This document shows positions 38,266 to 48,225 of a DNA stretch of 64,000 nucleotides, piece after piece (positions within the stretch are counted from its first letter, which is position 1; each line of letters begins with the position of its first letter). Under the pieces are notes generated by a model that saw only the letters and a program-made list of their open reading frames with translations, did not search any database and was not told the DNA's origin. The position numbers and the translations under genes were made by a program. Origin of the DNA: Macrostomum hystrix (lineage: Eukaryota; Animalia; Platyhelminthes); assembly GCA_950097015.1 (NCBI GenBank), contig CATNEN010000030.1, forward strand, positions 3,286,001 through 3,350,000. Direction: 5' to 3'.

Positions 38266-39689
38266 TTTGCGGTTTCGTGCTTGGCCTTCATGCTTTGAGC
38301 TAGCTCGTATAACTCCGTTAGTGTCAGCGACTTTTAATTTCGCTGACATTGTTATTATTCGGCTACAGCTACTTAAGTATTTTTGTCGAATAAATCACAA
38401 TCTAAATATGTTGCAACAGGCAACCAAATAATTTACTTATTCTGCTTCGTAACTCGTAAGTACAATAAATGATTGCATCAAAGCAAAACGCTGAACTGAT
38501 AACGCCATGTCACGCTGCCATCTAATTAATAAATGAAACTGTCATCGCCAGCAGTCGCTGAGCTGCCTGCCATAAATTAGTTTCGTCAATACCAAGTCAC
38601 ACCATGTTGTGCAGACAAAGTGTAATGTACAAAAAAGTAATTTTAGAGTAAAGTAAAGTAAAGTACAGTTTATTTTCGTTTCTTTGGCGCTTTTCTTAAT
38701 AGCAACTGCTACTTCAAAAAGAGACTGCGGTCGAGCTGTATTAAACTATATTAAACTCAAAAGTTCAATGGAAACTTTTTCAGTCAGTTAAATAATTTTG
38801 CCTTCTATTAAAGAATCAGCGTCTATCACTGACATGTCAAACTTGTCCATTGCAAATATCATATTTTTGCTTTCAGATTCAGATTTTTTGCGCTCAGTTG
38901 AGGCAGACGAATGCCACCTGACAAGATATCCGCCGAGCGTTACGATCTTTTTAAATATTTTCATATTTTTTATAGAACGCAAAATTTCTTTAACTGAGTG
39001 GAATCATTACAGTACAGCGGCAGTGCCGAAAAGCTGCAATAGCAGTAATGTAAAGATGTAACAGTAATAAGCGAGAGAGCAGCAACGAAATTTTAACTCG
39101 AGCCAAATTAACTCAACAAAAAAGTAACTCAATGCGGAGGTACATTTCGTATAACTACTACGTTGGGAATCGTAGGACGTGAACCGGATGGTGACGAAGT
39201 CCCATTACACTTATGTTGCTGTACCGATCTTTCGCCGAAATCAGTCGTAGATCCTGTAAGAAAGCATGGTGGTTGATGCAGAAATAATTAGCGATAAACC
39301 GATAATACGCATACTACGAGTAATCATGCACTGTATGATTCGAGATTTTAGAGTACAACATCAGGAAACGTGCTAAATGTGTCTCCATTGATTAGCAAGA
39401 CTATTTAATTGATAAATTCCAACACGACGCCTATTTATAAATGCGATAAAATTGAGAGGAGATTAATAATGTTACTAATAATTCATGTTATTAATGGATC
39501 GCCTTAAATTTTTGTCGTTTCCCATTACTACTTATTACGTAATCCCTGAGCCTGACCAAGAAGGATATAAACAAAAATGTTTAAGTATTAGTCATCTGTG
39601 TGAATAAATAGGTGAAATACGTAATTAGGTAATTGATTTTATAAGCGACCGAAAAGCAACAATGTCAATCAATTATCAAGGTGCAAACC

Positions 39690-39830
39690 TTACCGAACCG
39701 CCTGACATAAGCGTTACGAACTGTGATACGACGCTTCCTTCCCTTCGGTAGGCCAATAACCGTTTTGTCTGCGTTTTTTGGATGACCACGACGTTCAATG
39801 GGGCGGGAAGCCGAAGGTTACAAGTTTTAG
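39690..39830 (-). pseudogene. Frameshifted remnant resembling the C-terminal region of an animal MULE/SWIM transposase
   Basis: Reads LRLPAPL-[1-nt deletion]-RRGHPKNADKTVIGLPKGRKRR, then a GTAAGG donor. Resembles the LP..KKRGRPKG...TVIGLP motif as recalled; not verified. Confidence 0.4.
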
Positions 39831-39847
39831 ATGTCTGTGGCATAACG

Positions 39848-40300
39848 TCACAATGTAACAATGTAACAATGTAACGTAACAATGGGCAGAAACTGTCCTT
39901 GTAGCGACGCATTCGATTCTATAGCTTGAAAAGAAAACCTTTCTACTCCAAAAGTTTGTATCAGTTGTACTACTTCCACTGACTTTTGAGTAGCATAGTT
40001 TTTAGGTCTAGATTTGACCACAAGATCTTCCATATCTAAAACAGCTCGCCGAAAAATGGGAGTGCCTGTAGTCAAACCATACAAGAGCCTATCCAAGCTC
40101 TTTCGCCAATTAAAACGGTCTCCATGGCCAGTGCAACCAGAGCAAACAAAACGACCTCGCAAGTCGGTGTCATCCAGTCGAATGACGAAAATTGCTACTG
40201 AGTCACATTGAGTGTGCAATTTACAAAGACAATGGCAGCAACTGACAATAGAGTCAGTTACCTTCAGCTGTACACCGCATGCAGTACAGTCAACTTGCAT
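39848..40300 (-). CDS. Transposon-borne PHD-finger ORF, apparently truncated
   Basis: ATG at 40300 with an in-frame upstream TAA. C-x2-C-x12-C-x2-C-x4-H-x2-C-x20-C-x2-C (C4HC3). The frame degrades in a (GTTACATT)n microrepeat near 39880-39845. Confidence 0.65.
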   Translation of the reverse strand: MQVDCTACGVQLKVTDSIVSCCHCLCKLHTQCDSVAIFVIRLDDTDLRGRFVCSGCTGHGDRFNWRKSLDRLLYGLTTGTPIFRRAVLDMEDLVVKSRPKNYATQKSVEVVQLIQTFGVERFSFQAIESNASLQGQFLPIVTLHCYIVTL

Positions 40301-42841
40301 TATCTGCTGTTCTGTTTAAAACCCATGAAGACCTGAAAAGCAATAGAGCAATTATGTGAGAGAAAGAACCGAAATAACGAAAAAAATTGTGAGTGCAAAA
40401 TACAAAAAAGAAGCCAGAACCCAAGCAGCATTAAAATAAACCATAGTGAACTAATCTGGAATAGTTAATAGCAGACTCATATAGAATAGATAAACAAAGA
40501 TAAGTGTCACAGCCAAACACAATCCAAGGTCTGAAACAACCAAATGCCAGGTCTGAAACAATAAATGCCAACTAATGCCAAGTGTCTGCCAACTAATGCC
40601 AAGTGTCTGCCAAGTGTCTGCCAACTAATGCCAAGTACTACCAACTAATGCTAAGTAAATGCCAGGCCTATGACATTTACTTATGCCAGGCTTATTAGGT
40701 AGGAACACATAAAACACGAAATAATGTGTTTTGTGTGTTTAGCTAATTTGTCCTTAACTCAACAGACAAAGTGATTCAGTGAAGCATTCAAGTACTTGTG
40801 ATTGAGCATGCAAATGACAAGGATGCTTATCAGGTAGAAACACATAAAACACGAAATAATGTGTTTTGTGTGTTTAGCTAATTTGTCCTTAACTCAACAG
40901 ACAATGTGATTCAGGAGGATGATTTTTTATTAAGAGAGCATAAGTGAAGCATTCAAGTACTTGTGATTGAGCATGCAAATGACAATGATAAGAAACCAAC
41001 TGACGCCAACTGTACACCAACTTAATTAAATAGAGACTAAAGTGGGAGAAACCAACTGATGCCAACTGTGCACCAATTCAAATAAATAGGGACTACAGTA
41101 GGAGAAACCAACTGATGCCAACTGTGCACCAATTCAACTAAATAGGGACTACAGTAGGAGAAACCAACTGATGCCAACTGTGCACCATCTCAACTAAATA
41201 GAGACTACAGTAGGAGAAACCAACTGATGCCAACTGTGCACCAATTCAACTAAATAGGGACTACAGTAGGAGAAACCAACTGATGCCAACTGTGCACCAA
41301 CTCAACCAAATAGGGACTACAGGAGAAACCAACTGACGCCAACTGTACACCAACTAAAAATATATTATATTAAGAGAAATAATATATTAATAATATTTAA
41401 GCAAATAATTGTTGTCTTATGCATATAAAAACAGAAAAACAAATCAAATCAGCAATCAAATACTGTTTAAATTTATATAAAATATGTTCAATTGCTTTGA
41501 ATAAATTTATTTGAAACCTCAATGTCCTCAAGGTATATTGATATTTTTTATTTATAACATAAAAACAATGTGCATAAGGCATAATTACTTTTGTAGTTCT
41601 ATATTTATATATGTATAGCTGTTGATATTACTATAGATAAATGGACATAAGTTTTTATTGCTGTTTATATAAGATTATTTAGTTAACGGAATTATAAAGT
41701 CTATTAAGTTAGATGCACTTTGATAATATATCACCTTAGTGTGTTGTTGGCCAACACTCAGATTAGAAATCACTGACACGATAAGAAAAGATTATCGCAA
41801 TTTCACTACACCTGCAGTATCGTAGCTTTCGAACTGAAAAAGCTGCATTATTTCTTATAACATTGTATATGAATCTTGGCAATATTATTCGTTTAGCGTT
41901 TCTAAATAAGATTAAGATTTATACGTTTAAAAAATGCGAAAGTAAAATACAGTAAAACAAATTACCCATTACCCTAACTTTGCTTATGCAAGTTAAAACC
42001 ACTTGATATTACACATTATGGCAGAAGATGTAAAAGTAAGCTTAGCCATTGATTTTCGATTCTCAATGACGGGGGTAGGGGTCGGGTAGTTTTGGGTAGC
42101 TTTTTGGAGTAAAACACTACCAACAGAAATAAACGTGAATTTCATCATAATCTTTCAGTTTTTTACCTAAGAAAATTCCAAACTAGAAGCTGCATAGGTT
42201 AGGCGCATTTTCTGGACGATTTGAAGCGGGTAGACGCCTAAAATCATTGGGTAGCCTTTTACCCTATTTTTCGGGTAGTGTTTTACCCCTTACCCAAGTT
42301 GTTGACGAATCGCATGATACTCACTACGATGGATGGATGGTTTCATTGGTTAGCATTTTGTACTTTTTAGTTATAGATAGAAGATACAGGATAGGCTACA
42401 GCATGCATATTACATATGCATACAAGTAGCTACTCTGCATTCTACAACTATTACAGTGCAAATTCTATTTTAGTTTGTTATTAACTTGTTGCTTATTTGC
42501 TATTTGCTTCTCGCTATCGCTGATAGATATAAATATATATCTACACTACTGCACTATCTGCACTTAATGTTGTCGAAGACTGCACCAACACGCTAGTGAA
42601 AAATTCTTTGTTTTTTCTGTGTGAATTAATATACTTTATCGTGTCCTCCCTCACACTACTTTCCTACATACTTTCCAGTTTCCTGATTGTTTTACACACC
42701 CTTTCCCAATTAGTTTTCCACATGATTCATTGGCACCTATTAAAAAATCGCCCCCAACTAACAAGCAACCTAAGAGCCATAGCAAAATCAATGTGGACTT
42801 AGTTACAAAAGCGATTATTAAGTTTGGGCCTAACTTCAAAG

Positions 42842-43520
42842 CCATAGTCAGGAAGGTGGCAGTGTGCGCCAGAACAAATTTGTGCCTATCCCAAAATTGT
42901 GCACCGTGCACCAACACAAAAACCCTAGTGTGTGCCATGCGCTGGCACATCAAACCTCATGTGCGCCATTGTGTGCCCCTCACTACCCCTTGCGGCTTGC
43001 GACAATAAAAAACCTTTCTTATAACATACTAACAACTTTTGTGTGACATAATATTCTCATTTCAGGTTTTATTACTTATGAGAAATTGAGATCTTAAAAC
43101 TGAAACCAAAAATAGAAATAAATAAAATTTAAGTTTAAAATTTGATTTTTAAAACAAAATAAACACAAAAACTAAGCTAATGGCAAAAAGAAATGTAAAA
43201 GAGAAAATGCATATGTTTATTTTAGTGTCTGCATTTTTATTTTGCAAGAATGCAATGTCACACTAGATTCTAGATAGAACAGTGAATAGGGTACTGTAAC
43301 GAGTAACAACTTATATAATTTCATGGTAAATACTGCATGTTGCATGGCAACGGCAGCACCCGTTGCCATGTGCTGGTGTCCTCCAGTGGGCCCACTGTGT
43401 GCTGCTATGCGCTGTTGTGTGCCGCTGTGCACCACTGTGTACTGTCGTGCGCCGATGTGTGCCAAAAAATTGTGTGTGCGCCGGAATTTTCTGACCTAAC
43501 TGCCACCTTCCTGACTATGG
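42842..43520. mobile_element. MITE, 679 bp, 8-bp TSD (hAT or P superfamily)
   Basis: Perfect 21-bp TIR CCATAGTCAGGAAGGTGGCAG / CTGCCACCTTCCTGACTATGG; TSD CTTCAAAG at 42834-42841 and 43521-43528. Confidence 0.85.
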
Positions 43521-43586
43521 CTTCAAAGCAGGTATCACAAGATTCACAACACAGTCATAAAATAAAGATCTTTGATAATCAAATAA

Positions 43587-43903
43587 TAATAATAATAATA
43601 ATAATAATTGATTACACCTGCCCCAATCGGGTCAGATGTGCAGCCGACAGCACAGCCGCAGCTATTGCGCGGCGCATCTGAAGGCTGCGTACGGCTGTTC
43701 AGTCCATGGACTGGGGGGACGCCACGCCCACCTTCAATTATCCCAGCTAATGCTGGTACCCATTTAACAGCTGGGTGAACTGAAGCAATGCAGAGTTAAG
43801 TGTCTTGCTAAAGGACACAAATTGTTTAAGTGGAGACGGGAATCGAACCCCGACCTTCAAGTCGTGAGTCTGACGCCCTAACCACTAGGCTACAACCTCT
43901 TCT
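43587..43903 (-). mobile_element. tRNA-headed CORE-SINE, full length (family 1)
   Basis: Near-identical to the 15179-15504 copy. 12-bp TSD ATAATCAAATAA at 43575-43586 and 43904-43915. Confidence 0.87.
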
Positions 43904-44657
43904 ATAATCAAATAAAGTAAGCAAGTAACTAGTAGCAAGTTGGAATAAGTTTGCCATAAAGGAAAGCATGTAGCAAAATGAAAAAAAAACATTTTTGGTA
44001 TGGTATGGCCATGGTGCAAATAGTGCAACTCATATTCTTTTGTGCCATACTACAGCAAGGCATGGCTTGGCACACCTGCTGCATATGTCATGCCTTGAGT
44101 GTCACTCACTGCCATGTTGCACCACCTTGCTTTTATTACATGGCTACTCACAAGTTTCTAATAGGCCCTAGTGTCAATATCACTAGTCAGTAAGTTGCCT
44201 CAACATTCACAATTTTTCTGAGTGTCATATAACAGTGTGTACTATTAACAGCTAGTTGCTACTGACTAACTAATGTGCAATAATATAGCACAAAAATTGC
44301 ACTCACCATTTTTTATTTCAAGCCCTTCTGTGGTTATGTAGTCTCTCAGGGGCACATATTACAAAATATACCCAGGTAGGCTAACCTTTGGTTCTATGGC
44401 AGCACCCCAAATGGATATGAATTCTTTGTACTCGAGCTTAAGGATGTTAGTGTGATAATGGTATATATAATATAGCTAATTTTTGTTGCAAATATTTTTG
44501 ATATAGCTTTGTTTTACGATATTTTGTTTTGTGTTATCTATTAGCCTAGCTCATTTTGTTCTTTTTGGTAGAAACCTTGTCCTAATATTTTAAATTTAAT
44601 TTAAAACCAAATGATAAACTAAACTTTACTTTCAGATTTGTCCTAATAAAATATTAA

Positions 44658-45685
44658 ATGGACCAAAGCAAACTTTCTACTCTTGGTGGCCAAGAGAATG
44701 TTTTAGGAAAGAAGTCAACGAAGGATGTGCCTAAGCCTGCTCTGCTAAGAAAGAAGACTGCTTTCAAACCATTCGCTGATTCTGTACTCGGGTTAGGCAG
44801 GTATGTTTAACTCTAGTATTTGAAGTTTTTTTATTAAGTATAAGCTTTTTGTATTTAGTCATGTTTTTTAATTTGAAGCTGCATTTCTTTTGAGTAAGGG
44901 GAAAGTAAAATCAATAGTCTAGCATGGAATTTTGTAAAAATTGTTTTCGATTACAATTTCAGTTTTTTATATAAGGTTGCATGCTTTAAGAGGCATTAAT
45001 TGAGAAAAACACTAAATGAAATAATCAGCATAGATTGTTTGTTTAATTATTAAATTCCAATGGCTATCTAATATATTTTCTCTTGCAGACGAATCAACAT
45101 TTACAAGTATAAGAAAATGAACAAGCGTCAACTTTACAGTCCAAATGGGCAGATTAAGGGGCATAATGTTAGGTTGCGAGTTTACTGTTCAGAAAAAAAT
45201 TGTGTGTGAGAAAATATACGCCCGACCTTAATTAAATTAAACAAACAATCAATATAGATGATTTCACTTAGTGTTTTTCCCCAACGAGTGACAATAATTA
45301 TATTCCCCTATTCTCCAACAGCCATCCGCATCGCCAGCCCCGCTCCGCCAACTTTGCGAATGCCGAGGCCGGTGCTCAAACTGATCCGCCTCCGAGTGTG
45401 GCCGAAGCCGCCGTCCAGACGGCCGAACAGCCGTCAGTAGATGACGAACTCGACTGGCTGTGCAGCGATGAGTCACCTGAGTCGCCTGCCTATCTGGCCC
45501 AGCTGGCCGAGAGTCGCCGACTGGCCCTGGCCGAGTCCTTGGAAGAGAACAGCCGTCTGGCTGATGAGAATCGTCGTCTAGCCGACCTGCTGCTGGGCGC
45601 TCTAGATGAGCCAGCCACCGGAAGCGGTCGGTGTCCAAAATGCGGCCATTCTGTTGAATGCGACCTACCAGCTGCGTCTGAATGA
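44658..45685 (+). CDS. GMNN: Geminin-family coiled-coil protein (DNA replication licensing inhibitor-like); 3 exons, about 196 aa
   Basis: Exons 44658-44800, 45089-45172, 45322-45685 (phases 2/2; the exon 2 donor GTTGCG is weak). DWLCSDESPESPAYLAQLAESRRLALAESLEENSRL matches the geminin signature (Y W..AE.RR.AL.EAL.EN..L) as recalled. Confidence 0.7.
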
Positions 45686-46539
45686 CATTATTTTGACTTT
45701 ATTAATCAAGTTTATGCTCAAATCGGTGCTACTTTCTTTAAGCAAAAAATCTTTCCCGTCTACTTTTAGTAACGTGCTGTCAATGTTTACCGCGAACTTT
45801 ATACTATTAGTCGCCGTGTTGTGCTTTTATGTTTGTCTATTTTTATACTCTATTTTCTGCTGTTTTATAAAAAGACTGTTGCATTTTAAAAATATATATA
45901 ATGAATGTAAACTTTTATTAAAAATGCAATATGTTTATTAGGTATCTGTTGTGTGTCCATGATAGTAAATTTGCACAATCCTAATTCTAGTTCCTAAGCT
46001 GGTCATGACCATTGCTTGAATTCCGTTAAATTTTCTTTGAATAAAATAATTATATGCTTTAATAGTTTCGATGTTTATTTCACGTGTCATTTAATAAACA
46101 AATAAACAAATATTTTTATATCATGCGCAGTTTCGCTTCGTTTCGCTTAACGACTGTTTAATTTTGTCGTAATTTGTTATTTGAAAAAAGAACTTTCGTG
46201 TTTCAGTGCTTGAATTCCTTGGCAGCTTAATATTACAGTGAAATATATGCCAGTTTGGCAGTAATTGTTTAGCTTTATGACTTGATGGTAAAACTATAAT
46301 AATCCGTAATCCATAATCCGTAAGATGTAGGTTTCACCCAACGGTGCTAATCCATGTCACAACATTAAACATAAACACATGACTTATTGGCCTGACTGCA
46401 CTTTATGCTAACCTACTTTCCTCAAATAAACTGATGCCACCAACATACACTTTCGTTCATATTCCATCTCAGGATAATTAATGCACTTTTATAATCTCGT
46501 TTTCTACCCTATCAGTGACTTACCCTTTACCCATTACTC

Positions 46540-47360
46540 ATTTCCAGCTCTGTGTCTATCCCTCAGTTTCCACATTTGTCATTGTGTCTATCCGTCAGTT
46601 TCCACATTTGTCATTGTGTCAATCCCTCAGTTTCCACATTGGTCATTGTGTCTATCTCTCAGCTTCCATATTGGTCATTGTGCCTATCCGCCAGTTTCCT
46701 CATTCGTCATTGTGTCAATCCCTCAGCTTCCACATTGGTCATTGTGCCTATCCGCCAGTTTCCTCATTCGTCATTGTGTCAATCCCTCAGCTTCCACATT
46801 GGTCATTGTGCCTATCCGCCAGTTTCCTCATTCGTCATTGTGTCAATCCCTCAGTTTCCACATTGGTCATTGTGTCTATCTCTCAGCTTCCACATTGGTC
46901 ATTGTGTCTATCTCTCAGCTTCCACATTGGTCATTGTGTCTATCTCTCAGCTTCCACATTGGTCATTGTGTCTATCTCTCAGCTTCTACATTAATCATTG
47001 TGTCTATCTCTCAGCTTCCATATTGATCATTGTGCCTATCTCTCAGCTTCTACATTGGTCATTGTGCCTATCCGCCAGTTTCCTCATTCGTCATTGTGTC
47101 AATCCCTCAGTTTCCACATTGGTCATTGTGTCTATCTCTCAGCTTACATATTGGTCATTGTGTCTATCTCTCAGCTTCTACATTGGTCATTGTGCCTATC
47201 CGCCAGTTTCCTCATTCGTCATTGTGTCAATCCCTCAGCTTCCATATTGGTCATTGTGTCTATCTCTCAGCTTCCACATTGGTCATTGTGTCTATCTCTC
47301 AGTTTCCACATTGGTCATTGTGTCTGTCCGTCAGTTTCCACATTGGTCATTGTGTCAACA
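46540..47360. repeat. 32-nt minisatellite between geminin and eag
   Basis: Unit CTTCCACATTGGTCATTGTGTCTATCTCTCAG. Confidence 0.92.
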
Positions 47361-47403
47361 GTGCAGTAATAAATTTCACTGCCGTAGTAATAAAACATCC
47401 GGG

Positions 47404-47525
47404 CAGGTGTACACACTTATGTGTGTGTGCTCAGGATTCTGCTCAAGGGCCAGAGTCGCCTCTTCGCTGGCTGCGGACAGACTTTCGCCAAATGATGCGC
47501 CAGTGCTCCGGTGCCCTGCGATTAT
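47404..47525 (+). mobile_element. SINE family 2, 3' fragment
   Basis: GCAGGTGTACACACTT...GTGTGTGCTCAGGA...TCGCTGGCT...CCAAATGATGCGCC. Confidence 0.55.
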
Positions 47526-48225
47526 CCCTCAGTTCTATTAATAGCGTGAGCGGGCGAATTTATGCCTGTGTGCCGCCGCTGCTATTTGTTTAGTGAGACT
47601 GCATGCTCACAGGCAGCAGCACCCCGCAGTTCTCATTGGCTGGCGACCTATGCCAGCGCGACAGAACGAGTTAATGCAGCTTGAGTTCGTAATGGCAAGT
47701 TTAAGCCAGAAAATGTTGGCAATGCAATAACTGCAGCAGAGTCGCGGTGCTCCACAATGAGATCTTCCCATTGGCTGATCAGCGGAGGCGGTGTGGGGAA
47801 GGGCTTGAAGTCGGCAACTGCACTCCAGCTATATACGCGAGCGTTAGTGCCCGCACAGAATTGCTCCAGTCTTCAGAGCTCCGTCATTCAGGCCCGATCA
47901 GCAGGTGCCAAAAAGGACTCACTCCCCAAAAGCCAACGCCCTTCAATTGTTTGGTATATGGAGAGCAGACTTTCTGTCCGTCCCACCTGTTCGTAAAGTG
48001 GCATCGATCGATTCTTGCTCTAAGTGTGTCGGCCTTCTCCCCTACCCGGCACGCGCCATGCACTATTTGTACTATTATCAAAAAGAAAAACAAATAAACT
48101 AAATGCCTGCCCTTGGTGCCAATCAATCAGTCATTGCCAGTTGGAGCCAGTGAGCCATGCTGGTCCTACTGTCAGCAACCTGAAGGCTGATCATTCTCTA
48201 TCGGAATTAAACAAGCGATTAAGCC

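Larger units (their letters stand above)
35972..42294. mobile_element. Mutator (MULE)/foldback-type DNA transposon, 6323 bp, probably non-autonomous
   Basis: Colinear TIRs starting GGTAAGGGG (35972 to about 37006 against 42294 to about 41260; position x pairs with 78266-x, and the same 61-aa ORF appears on both arms). 9-bp TSD CAAGTTGTT at 35963-35971 and 42295-42303. Inner 56-nt tandem subrepeats (4 left, 7 right). No intact DDE ORF seen. Confidence 0.9.

Noticed and set aside
38788-39061. Short overlapping ORFs in the middle of the MULE
   Set aside because: No DDE, SWIM or other motif recognised, and the neighbouring minus-strand frames are riddled with stops.
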